From Haplodiscus bocki (Eukaryota): a DNA stretch of 64,000 nucleotides. The stretch covers positions 61,256,001-61,320,000 of the forward strand of contig OZ296648.1 of NCBI GenBank assembly GCA_965655095.1. Reading direction: 5' to 3'. The notes beneath the pieces are model-generated. The model was not told where the DNA came from, made no database searches, and saw only the letters and a program-made list of their open reading frames with translations. A program made the translations under genes and the position numbers. Positions 50,500-62,800 of the stretch are shown here, in pieces (the first letter of the stretch is position 1; each line of letters opens with the position of its first letter).

Positions 50500-52600
50500 A
50501 CATGTTCTGTGATCCCCAGATTGAGGGAATACCAAAAAGCGCAATTAGTATTGAATTTTATTTTTGTTGCATTTCTTTTTTCTCCGAAATACAAAGCTCA
50601 ATTATTTCATCTAGGTGTCACTCTGAAACCATGCAAATATGCCAGTGTACTCCACCAAAAAATTTGTGGTTTTGTTCCTTGCGTCATAATCCTGGTTGTC
50701 CAAAATTTCCTAAAAGTGCTATCATTGTTGATAAATCTCGACATTCAAACTTTTTCTCCAAATACTCGTTTGATTTCTTCCATCAGGGCCTGAATCCAAG
50801 TTTTGAAACTTATAGGGGAGCTTTTCTTTCGAAAACTTTTCGTTTTGATCCCGGAATGAATTTCCTGATCGTCCGGATTTTCCGAAAAAGGCTAGTAAGT
50901 TAGATTTATGTCGATTTTCAAACTCTAGTTTCGCCGAAACTGCAGCTATGATTACATCTATCAAGGCCTCGATCGAAAGCCTTGCTTTTGTTGAAGAGCA
51001 TTCAATTAACAAGTCATGGATTCTGATCCTTGCACCAAAAAAATAACTATCCGAAAATTCCAAAAAGTGCTAATAACGTTTCATCGCGAAATTCGAATTC
51101 ATGTTTCTCCATAAGTACAGGTTTGATGTCTGTCATCGAGGTCTCAATGGAAGACCTTACACTTATATAGGAGCATCTGATGAAAAAGTCATTGATTTTT
51201 ATCCTTGCATCAAAATCCTTGTAGTCCGAAAATTCTGAAAAGTTCTATTGGTAATGATATCTCGATATTCATACCCATTTTTCTCGGTGACTAACGGCTT
51301 GATTTCCTCCACCAAAGTCTCAATCCAGAAATCTACTTTTTGAACATAAGATATATTTGAAAAATCATTCATTTTGTTCTTTGCATCAAAATCCCGATAG
51401 TCCCAAAAATTGAAAGGTGTTATTGTATTGATTTATCTCGGTATTCGAAATACAATTCTCCGTAACTACAAGCTTGATTTCTAACATCTAGACTTTAATC
51501 GAACATTTTATTATTCTTGCAGGAGAGTTCGATTGACTTGTCATTCATTGTGTTCCTTGAATTTGAATTCTAATAATCCGAATCTTCCGAAATGAGCCAT
51601 GAGTTTTGATTCATCAAGAGGTACGAATTCTTTTTTCCCCGAAACTTTCTGCATAGTTTCTTTCATCAAGGTCTCAATAGACAGACCATTAGTTGCATAG
51701 TTTATTCAGTGTCGATAAACATGGATTTCGTCATTTACGGTGGAATTTTGATACTTCGAAAAAGCCAATGAACTGCTGTCAACGACGTTTTTCCGATATT
51801 TCAACTTGTAGTTCTCTATAACCGCTGACTTGATTTTGATTCAAGGTCTCAATCTGAAGCTTTCCCTCTTTGCTTGACTATTCGATTTAAACTTTTTCGA
51901 TTTTGTTCCTTGGGTCGGACTCCTGATAGTCCGAGAATGCCAAAATGCTCTCAATTTTGATCAGTCTGTAGATTTAAACTTATTTCTCCATAACTACTGA
52001 CTTGCTTTATGCGACCACGGTAGAATTCGGAATGCCTCTGCTTTTTGAGGAGTTTTGGGCTGAAAAACTATCAATAGCGCTCCTGCATTGGAATCGTGGT
52101 GTTCCAAAAACCAGAAGTTCTTATAATTTGAACCTATCTCGATTTTCAAGATCGTTTTTCTCCGAAAAATACTTAATTGAGTTTTTTCATCGAAGTCTCA
52201 ACCTAAAGTTTTCTACTTTTGTTGGAATATGCAATTAATAATCTTTAATTTTTTTCCATGCAGTGGAGTCTTGGAGGACCGGAAATGCCAGAAAGTGCTG
52301 TTAGTTTTGACATGCTTCGTTATTCACACTCATATCTTTTAGCCGTCCCTGCTTCATTTTTCCGTGAAAATGTCAATTGATAGCTTTTTACTTTAGGCTG
52401 ACTATTCGTTTCTTAATATTTGTCCTTAAAGAGTTTGTCCTCTACATCGGAAATAGAATCCTGATTGACCAAACTTGGCAAAGTGCTATTAGTATTGAGA
52501 TTTCCCGGTATTCCAACTTGTCCTTCTCAAAAATTACACATTTGAAATTTCTATCAAGGTCTGAATTGACGGTGATATAGTTTCAAATGTCTGATAGACT
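50500..52600. repeat. Old, degenerate tandem repeat, period ~176 bp, ~12 copies
   Basis: A ccgaaaattccaaaaagtgctat...gatatctcgatattc-like anchor recurs near 50525, 50700, 50872, 51051, 51226, 51402, 51578, 51755, 51931, 52104, 52279 and 52469. Confidence 0.8.
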
Positions 52601-55364
52601 AATCAGTGATTTTCTTCATTGCATTACAATAATTGTCGATTTTCAGACGCATCAATATTTGAAGCTATCGGCTTGAATTTTTCCGCTGAGGTCTCTATCG
52701 AGGTGTTCTTTTGTCAATTTTTGGTTACTTTTAAATGTGATTTGCTGTATGTTCGCTCAATCTTCTCTGCGCCACATTGGCGGAATATATCGCAGTGCGA
52801 CTGCACCTCTTGTTTATTTAATTGCCTTCAAGTTTTGCTCTTCTTCGAATTTGTTGACCGGTTATCAGATATACATCTGGTTTATTGATAGGGCATTTTG
52901 CCAGACAGAAAAGTAGCTGAAAAGTAACAACTCGAGTCTCTATGCGCTTTTGCGTTGCTTTTCACCTTTCTCGCTCAAACTTTTGCTTAGTGCAGCTTCT
53001 GATCTTCATAAAACTTTGCGATCCACTCTGAGCTGAACTCATTCTAATACGCTCGACCCAGTGAAAGTATGAAGATGTGAAGTATAGCAGCTCATTGTGC
53101 TACACCAATTTGTGAAAAATTTTTAATACTTGATTTTCTACACCAGACCCTCTTCTTCGAACACGAAAATTGATGTGCCATAGTTTTATTTTGACTTCAT
53201 TTTCAGAATTAACTACTTCACTCTTATTTTATTTCAATTTACAACCAGTTCTTACACTTCGGAGTCAAAATTTTTCTTGATCACCTTCTTCATTCGAATC
53301 ACTCAAATCTGCGTTGATTTCTAAACTGGCAGTATTTTGCAAATCATTATTTCATTTTGTTGTGATGCAGTGCTGTGACAAGGTATGAGTTTTGTTGTTG
53401 TATCATTCCAAAATGAATGTATTGTGGATGCAAACCCATCTGTTGAAACATACTCGAATTGCCATTTGTGAACTGGATATTTTAACCTTGTTCTAACATC
53501 ATTTGAAGCTGAGAAAAACTCCTAAGAGTCATTGGAAGTAAAAAAAAATCGAACCTAATTTAGTATAATATGACCATTTGGTGCCAGTGTATTATGCGGT
53601 CTACATTTCACTTTGTGTTCCGATATGCGATCTAAATTTCACGAATGTGTGGAGTTTATCTGACAAAAAAGCTCTCGGTCATCAGTATTTGAGAAAACTG
53701 CACTTCGGAGCTCCAGAAGGAAAGCGTCGATTTCAACTGTAGATGGAAATTTTTTTGTAGATCGCATACTAGACTAGCACCTAACATTTTATTATGGAAA
53801 CTCAGAATATTTCCTCTCAGCAAATTGATTTTGTTTAACTCGTGATAATAGTTGTGCAGAGAGATCGATTTTCATTCATACTTCGAGATTTAATTGTAAT
53901 CATTTTATGCTTTTGCTGATGTTTTTTAAGTTGGTCGGTGAAAAAAAATTGGTCGGATTTTCTGCTTTGACCCGGTGGTCACAGATTGGTGAAAGGTAAC
54001 GGTGTCGATATCTACCGATTTTATGAAGATTCTGTATCCGTGCTTGCTCATTTAATCCATTAATCATCAATCTGTTTAACTCTTCTGAGAGCTTTTCGTC
54101 TATTAGACCAGAAGAAACATTATTTTGGCCTGTTTCGGGTCGGGAAAAATGTTGTTGAATGATGCTGAAATTTCAAAACATGTATTAATAGTGGTTAAAT
54201 TTTCATTTCATTGCGGTCATCGTATTATTTTTTTTCATGCATTTGTGTTTACATTGACTTGCGTTTTTCAAAACGACTGACCTTACCTTCGAAAAAAAAA
54301 CATTTCTCAACACTGAGAATGATAATCTAATTAGACCGACTTTTTGCAAGCAGAAGTTCAATAAGCAGACCGTTCAGACAGCAGAATAAACTGTGCGAGT
54401 ATAGCAATTCAATTTCAGCAGAGAGTTCATCCGAGTGAACCAATGGCCAATCAGATTAAAGTATTCATCCGTATTCTGCGTTTTCAAATACTTTTTGGTT
54501 TTCTGTTTATTGACTTGTCTACCTGTTGAACGCACTCCTGACTTTTTGCCACTTCTTAAATTCGAGCCAAAGCGGAGGTATTAGCTATTATAGGGATATG
54601 CCTTACTTTTTTTGCGACGTCGAATTCTAAATTCCATTGTAAAGCTCCCGTGTAGCACTTTTAACGTTGCTGAAATACAATCTGTATTCAGTTACATGTA
54701 ATCTTCGTGCTCAGTTATCGGTCAAGGCTCAAAGGCGTCATAAATGGCCGGGAGCTGATTTTGTAGCTCATGAACAAACCGCCAAAATTGCATATGCGCC
54801 AGTATTTGTTTGAATATCGTTGCAAAAATATCTGTAATGCAAGTTCCGCGCTATGCAAAGGTTCTTTGAAAATGACAGAAAAAAACTTAGGCTGACTGTA
54901 TAGATTAATTTTCCGAAGCAATTTCACGCAACAACTACTAATTCGATCTTGTTCACCCAGCCCTTAATCAAATGATGCCTATCTCTATAAAGGATCTACT
55001 ATAACATTTCATTTCGGAAACCAAATTGGTGGAAAGAATAAGAATTATATTGTTTCGATAGTTTAGCCCCAAACGCGGGCCTATTTTAAAATATGTTCCG
55101 AAAACCAAGCTGTAAAACAGACTGTTTTTGAAAACTCCCGTGAATCAAAATTCAATGCTTAAAGTTCATGCATTTTACCACAGATTTTAGTCAACCACTG
55201 GAGAATTTCCGTTCGAAATGTCCTTGAATTGAACTTAAATGTTCACATATAACGCTTTAGTACGGATGTTTTACTCCACCTCTGGGGGGCAATTTTGTCC
55301 AGAAAAGCTTTTCAATTGACTTTTCATATCGGCCTACTGATTATTTTTGGCTTACATGTCATTT

Positions 55365-56195
55365 CATCCTATGCCATTTCAACCGTTCACACTCTCAACC
55401 GCTTGCGAATTCAACCGCCGCAAATTCGACCTGTTTAATTAAGTTCAAGGTTATTCAATCAAGACGTTCGGAAACAATTCAAGTAAGTAAAGAATCAATT
55501 GAACGTCATCAATCGGAAAGTCTCACGTAACTTTCAAAGATCATATTGGACTAACTACCAAATGTACCAAACTGTAAAATGATATTCCCGAACTCCAGAA
55601 TGTTTCGTTGGCAATCGCCACAGTTGGTGTCGAATATCGGGCTCTTCTTTTAATTTGATTCACTACTTGTTTCGCTTTTTATTCGCTGGTATCGCAGTCA
55701 TGATTAAGAGTACCTTTTGTTTCAATGACTGTTTCGTTTTTAGTTTTCAAGATTGCGGGACATTTCAACTTGTAATATTTTGTGCAACGCCAATGGATAC
55801 AGTTTATAGTTGTTTGTTTTTGGTTATATGAGTGGCCGTCGTGCACTGCAATTTTTCGCTTCGGTTTGATTCTATAATTTGAACTTGCACTTTGGAACGT
55901 CTGATAGGTGCTGCTACTGTAATACTGAATGGCTGGAGATTTTTACCCAATTTCAATTAGGAGTAGGTGCGAATTGTGTTAGTTTCCTATTATCGATGTG
56001 TTAATTGCTGTTTCCGGTAACTAGACGCTTTTATCATCAAACCGTATTTTGAATATTACGTTTAAAAAGGGTTAATTTTAATTACCTTAATTACTGTAAT
56101 TAATTGATTACTCGATAATTGAATCGCTTGAATTTGCGGCGGTTGAAATGGCACGCGGTCGAAAAGGCAAGCGGTTGAAATGGCATGGGAAGAAT
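55365..56195. mobile_element. Non-autonomous TIR element (MITE/foldback), ~830 bp
   Basis: Left end tcctatgccatttcaaccg...ttcaaccgccgcaaattcg (~55367-55430) is the imperfect reverse complement of the right end tgaatttgcggcggttgaaatggc...cggttgaaatggcatggga (~56130-56190), with internal tcaaccg sub-repeats. No clear TSD. Confidence 0.7.
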
Positions 56196-56263
56196 TTCCT
56201 GAGACCTATTTTTGTGTCCTATATTGACTTATGAACTTGTTGTTTTTGAGAGTTTTGTTCCAG

Positions 56264-56447
56264 GCCACAGTGTGTAGCCAAATTCGACTTTGAGGCAGAG
56301 TCTGAGCAGGAACTGGGTTTCAAACAGGGCCAAAAGATTATGCTCACTTCTAAGATCGACGATAACTGGTTTGAAGGCCGATTGGACGGAACTGCCAAAA
56401 CAGGAATGTTCCCTTCAAGCTACGTCCAAGTTGTGGTACCTTTATAG
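56264..56447 (+). CDS. Terminal coding exon: C-terminal SH3 domain, endophilin-A (SH3GL)-like
   Basis: Acceptor ttttgttccag|, phase 2. RPQCVAKFDFEAESEQELGFKQGQKIMLTSKIDDNWFEGRLDGTAKTGMFPSSYVQVVVPL* carries the SH3 signature (AxFDF, ELxF, NW, GxFPxxYV). The ELGFK, IDxNW and VVPL-stop features resemble endophilin A. Not in the supplied ORF track. Confidence 0.9.
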
Positions 56448-56577
56448 ACAACACTGGATCGATGGCATACTTACCCTGATTTCCATATTATACGTCATGG
56501 CTTTCGTTTGAAAATTACACCACCCGACGCTCGATCATCTAGAACAATTGCAGGGTATCAAATCATTTAACTTGCAG

Positions 56578-56583
56578 AATAAA
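56578..56583 (+). promoter_or_regulatory. Candidate polyadenylation signal (AATAAA); a second one at 56742-56747
   Basis: Canonical hexamer ~130 nt after the SH3 exon stop codon. Confidence 0.4.
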
Positions 56584-58799
56584 GGTTTCAACCACAGCCG
56601 AAATAAGTCGTCATACGGGAAGAAGGTCATCACTTAATGCAGAACAAAGTGTGACGTATATTAGCGAAAACACGGCAGATACCGGATGTCCTTCCTGCTA
56701 TCAACTACTAGTTCTTTCATGCAATTACATGAATTTATGCGAATAAATTGACATGCATACTGGATAGAAAGTTGAAAACAGTCGAAACCAGAATATTTTA
56801 GTTGCAAAAAGTTTTGGAACTTGTCGGTCCATGGGTTCAAATATTTTCATCGTTTGATCGATTAAATTTGGGAATAGTTAGAAATTGACAAGTCTTGCTC
56901 GTTTTCAATCAATTCGATTTTTTGATGAGATGTTTGAGTAATTCTATACCAGTAATATCCATAGGGTATTGTAAAGTTATGTTAATCATGATGATGATTA
57001 TGAGGTCTGTTTATTTGCTCAAAAACATAAAGATTGTTAAATTTGGCCAAAACGAAGTTCTCAAAAAAACAGCTAATTTTTCAAAGTTTCGAGATTAATA
57101 TCTTGAAAGCTTACATAGTAGAAAAATGTGCATATTCCACTTATTTCAACAAAAAAGTGAGAATACAAAAAAGATCCCGTTTATAACATCAGAACTTAGG
57201 TTTTTCCCAAAATTAATCGACACAAAGTACTGCCAAAAATATAATTTTGTTGCTGGCGAAATTTGGAAATATTAACGGGCGTTCCATGTACTGATTTAAG
57301 CAGCTTGAGTTGCTAATGTTTACATTAGAAAGAGATGTAGCTGTGATTGTGATGTTCGAAGTAAAATGAATAGAACTGAAGTTGAAGAGGAATCCTATGT
57401 GCCAATATTTCATATGCTTTAATGTGTTTGTTCCTGAGCCCACACAAAGAAATTCCCAAAAGAAATCGCGCTTCAGCTTTTTGTTTTTGATGTTTATGCA
57501 ACGGAAGCGAAATATCGCACGTAATTAAGATTGCACCAAAACTACTACATTCTTGTTGGCGTGCTCGAAACAATCGCGTCTCATTATTTGCTCACCATTT
57601 CGCAGATTTTTTTGATTTTCATTAATTGAACGTTGAAGTTTTCGGGTTTTAATGAAATCGGTCAAGTTAATCGAAGATTCGTCTCAAAATTCTGTTTCAG
57701 TTTTTGAACTTCAAAACTTTGATTCAATCATAATTGTTGATCAATTTTGCTGGCGCATACTCCGATGCTCCGACAGAACAAGATGACCCAAAACTCCTCT
57801 TTCCAGTAAAATATTCTGGAATCTATAATAAAGGAGTTTTCCTATATAAAGGGGGTTCAAATTAACGGATGAGTGCCAAATTGTCTTGTTAACCTGGCTG
57901 CAAAAAGTTAAAAGTTGAATCTTGGGAAATTTTTTCATCCAACCGCACATACAGAAACTAAAATTTCAGGGTGAGTTTCTCCTTAACGGAAAGAAAATTG
58001 AAAACATTCTGCAATAGCATCCTTCGAGTTCCAATACTTATCGAAGCAGCAGGTGCGAAAATTTTCGCGTTGTACGGGGCCAGTGGGGAAATGTTGCAAA
58101 ATTTTTATTGAGTATTCAATACACCATGTCGGCTCTTAGTGCGCAGTTATCCTCGAGTTGTTAAATGAATTTCCGAAATATTGGCCTATATTAAGTTGAG
58201 AAATTGATATCACTGAAGATGTTTTTTCGTAGTGTTAAAGTCTCTGATAAACGCAAATTGGGGTCCATTAGTATCTGCGCAGCCAAATGATATTCTTTTT
58301 TTAATCGCATTTGTCAGAGCAGTGACTTGAAAAAAAAAGAATTTGATTGCTGTAAAATTAGGTGTCATGGGGTGCTCGGTAGATAAATAAACTTTTGAGT
58401 CTTATTAACAAAGATCGGTTTACGCGATTTGTTTTCATATTAAAATGATTAATTCATTGAAAGTCACCTGCTCTGTGTATTGCTATCTACTTAATCAGCC
58501 GATCCAAATTCATTTTCTTCCTCGTCAAACAAGCAAATAAACCCTGTTTCCTTTTTGTGCTAAATAATATTTAAGATCAAAGTTTTATTCATTCGTGTGT
58601 ACAATTTGTTTTAGAAAAAATTATCATCCTTAGTATTAGTAGATGAAGAATAAGACGGCCGGTTAGCACCGGCATATTTTTCGCCCGATTACAGATATTT
58701 TGACCAACATTTGCAAACAGTTAAAAACGAGACTACTGTTTAAAATCTAGTTTTCGAAGGTTTTCTACAAACATCAATTCCACCAGTGATTTCTATATT

Positions 58800-59040
58800 T
58801 TATGAAAAAGAGGGGGTATCACGACTTTTCAAAATTTTTGTCTGCTGGTGCCGAAAAAATTCCTTGAGGAACTCTTCTGTGCTGTGTTTCAGAAAATTTC
58901 CGGTAGCGAAACAGTTTATGGATAAGAGGGGGGGAGGAGGGGGGAGTCCGTCGAAAATTTTTTGTCTCACAGTGCCGAAAATTTTCGTAGCGGAACCCTT
59001 TAGTGTTTCACTAATTTCGGGTGTCGAAAAATGTTAGAGC
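58800..59040. repeat. Short degenerate repeat (two ~120-bp units, aaaatttttgtct...gtgccgaaaa...gaac...gtgtttca)
   Basis: Unit anchors at ~58831-58900 and ~58955-59030. Confidence 0.55.
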
Positions 59041-59044
59041 TAAA

Positions 59045-59130
59045 TCGTGAAAAATTTTGGCAGGGCAGTGATTCGAACCCCGAACCTACCGCTTTAGAGC
59101 CCTGTTGTCCTAACCCTACTGCTGTCATTT
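59045..59130 (-). mobile_element. tRNA-derived SINE-like head
   Basis: - strand tgacagcagtagggttaggacaacagggctctaaagcggtaggttcggggttcgaatcactgccctgcc has a B-box (GGTTCGAATC) but no convincing cloverleaf. More decayed look-alikes occur at ~33860-33930 (+) and ~50100-50170 (+). Confidence 0.5.
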
Positions 59131-59648
59131 ATTTTTGAATAAAAAGAGTTGGCAATTTTGGTCTGAAAAAAAAGACAAACGACCCTACTGAATGAATAAT
59201 TTTTCTTGCATAATACATATGGGGCGAAAAATAAAAATACTATTCAATGTGTCATTGAAATCTCAATTTTCAAAGTATGTAGGAAACAGGGTATTTTCGT
59301 TCATATAAAACACAATTACAATGGGATCTCGATTATCTGAACTCCTGGGAATGGGATTTTAAAAATTTTGTCAGTTTTGATGTATTCGAAAAAAATCTCA
59401 ATAGCACGCGACCTAAGAGGAGGACTTTTGACAATTTGGTTGTTCTTTGGAAAATTTTTAACGAAATCAATTTAATGTAATGTTCGAATAGTCCATGAAA
59501 AGATTGTTCAGATAATTGGGAGTTAGAATGCCGGAGACTCAATTTATGGAGCTCTAAAATTTATCATCATTATTCTTAATCAACTCTCAATATTATTTTT
59601 GCCATGGAATTGAATTTCTCTCAACTCAATCAAAGCAAGGTTACTTCC

Positions 59649-59848
59649 NNNNNNNNNNNNNNNNNNNNNNNNNNNNNNNNNNNNNNNNNNNNNNNNNNNN
59701 NNNNNNNNNNNNNNNNNNNNNNNNNNNNNNNNNNNNNNNNNNNNNNNNNNNNNNNNNNNNNNNNNNNNNNNNNNNNNNNNNNNNNNNNNNNNNNNNNNNN
59801 NNNNNNNNNNNNNNNNNNNNNNNNNNNNNNNNNNNNNNNNNNNNNNNN
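59649..59848. other. Assembly gap (200 N)
   Basis: Run of N; the round size suggests a placeholder scaffold join. Confidence 1.
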
Positions 59849-62800
59849 AGTATTTTCATCAGTGTAATCATCAATGTACTTGTGAAGAACTTCCTAGAAG
59901 AGAAAACTTTATGCTATTCTCTTGTTGCGAATCCCAGCAGCCAAATAGGTCAAGAAAACTGATAATGAAAAAAGATATCCGTTCCCAATATCATGTTTTT
60001 TCAAAACCACCAGGTTAACTGTTTGCTGCAAGGCCTCGACCCTGCACCAAGTAGCTTGCTATTCAAAGTAAATTGAACGATTGTATTCCTTTCGTTTTAT
60101 TCTTAAAAAAGCAAATTTGCAAAAGTGTATTTAAATATGACACATCTCTTTATTGAACTTCTTGTTTCCCTTCATCTATTGGCTTGTAAGTTTCTATCAA
60201 GGTCGCAAACATCCATTTTTTTCTGGAGGATTACGGCAAAAACTACTATCTTTTCTTGTCCTGTTGGATTCCTAAAACTATGAAAACGCCAAACAGCGCT
60301 CCTATAAAAAACTCATCTCGATAATCAAATCGTAAATCTTCAACTTTAACTGTATCACTCCCCTTGCAAAGGCCTGAATTAACAATTTTTGAGCGGAAAA
60401 GTGTTTTTTAAAGTTTTATCGTTTTTGTCGAGCATAATGAAATGAAACGACGCCTCATCAGACATCCATACTGGAATGTTCACAATCATTTTTTTCCCCG
60501 TCAACTCAAGACTTTATGCTCCTTGCCCACTATTTTTCTACCGGTGTTACGTTTTTCTGCTGAATTCTGCGGAAACGTACGGAAAAGCTCTAAAAAAGTA
60601 CTTTTTAGTTGTGGTTCGATAACATTCGGATAGTTTTCTTTGCGAAAATGATACGAAAAATTGAGCGAAAATGGGTCACGTCGAAAAAAGTTAACCTATA
60701 TTGGGTATTTTTTTTCCGCATGTAGGGCTCCAGCTTGACTGATTTTTGCACTGAAGTAATCAGAAGACGCTGTTCTATCACATAGTAGATTTTGCTTGCA
60801 ATCCAACTTTTTTCGATACGTATTTACGAAGGAGATATTAACGTTAAGCTGATTTTAACCTCCTTAACAGAAAATGTCATGGTATAAACTGTTGATTTCT
60901 TTATGCAAGGCACCGACTGACCGGATTTCTGCACCTAAGTCTTTACGGACTCTTTTTTTTGTTGCGAATTGTCTTTTTCTGATAGTTTTTTTCCGGAAGG
61001 TTTTTGATGGTCGAGGTAATTTCAACTGCTTTGACAACTTTCGTAAATTTCAATGGCGTTCATGTCGTCACCTACGGCTCCAAACTGACCGATTTTCAAA
61101 CAGGGCTTCAAAGATTTTTTTTCACTTGCTAAACTTTATTAGCTGTCTAACATTTTCTCATCTGTTTTGCTGCTAAAGAGGTTTTTTCTGCAAAAAACGA
61201 GTTTTTCTCGGTATTGATAGTCACAAGATTGCCGCACAAATAAAAATGTTGGTCATATTACATGAATTTCAAATTTACTTCAATTTTGAAAGTTATAGCC
61301 GAAAAACTCAACTCTATCATATAGTTGTTATTAGTTGAAGCGACAAAAATTTTTAATAGGTTTTTTTCTCAAAGGAGTTTTGAAAATCGAACATTTTTGA
61401 TGTCTTTGTCAATTTGATGTCTCAAAAACCAGTAGCAAATCCAGAAATAACTTTAAGTGTGCTGAAGTATAAAGAAAAACCTTAGGAGATTATCTCCTTT
61501 GGTTTTGTTGCTGTCACAAATTAGGGAACTTTTCGATAGTTTTTTTTGTTAAAAAGGGATTACTTAGGCAATTATGAACTATCTCGTTTTTTTTCTGAAT
61601 ATTTGTCTGAAAATTTTGGCCTAAAATTGTCCCGGATCCTCCACTGGCATAGCAAGGAGACTCCATGCTCCCATCTAAAAACATGTCATTGAAGTGACAA
61701 TTTTTTTTCCGCTACGTTTTTAGGTGAGAGAACGTGATAAACGAGCGCATTCTGACTTTTCTACTTTTTGCCAATTATCGTTGCATGGGGCAGTTGGAAC
61801 AAAAAACGACCAAAAGTAAAAAGGAGCTCCCAGTTCTTCAACTAGGTTTTCATTCGCGATCAGGAGGTTTTTCATTTTGAACGAAAAAAATTTCAAGGTG
61901 GAGGTTTGATAGCTATTTGAAACTCGTGTGAACATCTGGCCCGAAAAACAACAGGCAAAGACGGGAAGAAAGGCAGACTTGGAAAGGCAACAACAAAGAC
62001 ACTCGAAATGTAATGTACATTATATTTGATGGCAGTGAAATCTTTTTGATGGGTTTTCTAAGGAAAAAAAATAAGAACGATCTACATTGAACACATTTTG
62101 AAAGCGTAAATCCATTTCATTTTCGTGAAGCTTCAGCGTTTTCTCTAAGAGGCGATGGCAAAAAATTTTTTTGAGAAGTTTTTGCTGCGATCCTAACATT
62201 GAGCATTGGTTGCGTGGTAAATTTTGCTGCTGATTCGTGGTCGTGCGAAAGTGCCGGAAATAATATCAAAACATACAATTACGTTTTCGAGTTCCTGATT
62301 TTCCACAACTGTGAGCTTGATTCCGTTCACCAAAAACTCAGGCAACACCGCTGTTTCGGACGACATTTTTCGCTACCTTGACGGAATATATCAAAATCTA
62401 GGTCCTTCATTTTCCCATTTAGAGCTCCATGTTGCCATTTTTTTAACTCAACACTTTGAAAGAATTTTTTCCATCATAAACTATAAGTATGTTGCAGTTT
62501 GACATTTTTTCGATGTTTTTTCCTTCGAAAAGTTCTTTGAAACGAAGTGTTCCATGGTTTTTGTAAGATTTCTGCGATTTTCAAATCTCTCATTTTGACA
62601 CCTAGCTCATCAATTTACTTTAATGTTAATTAACCATAACACAAAATCTCAACTCTATGAGATACGTTTTTGTTTTTGCGATGACTAACTTTTTGGATAG
62701 ATTTTTTGGAACAGATATTGAAAACTGAGTTTTTTCAAATTCTTTTCGTCAAATTTAGCCTTACGTAAAGCCGGGAAAAAACTGCAGCTTGCAATTTCGC

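Noticed and set aside
56290-56511. 73-aa ORF from the ORF track
   Set aside because: Wrong frame; the overlapping frame encodes a clear SH3 domain.
59045-59130. Functional tRNA gene
   Set aside because: B-box present but I could not fold convincing acceptor and anticodon stems; better explained as a SINE head.
59604-59874. ORFs spanning the N run
   Set aside because: Artefacts of the assembly gap.
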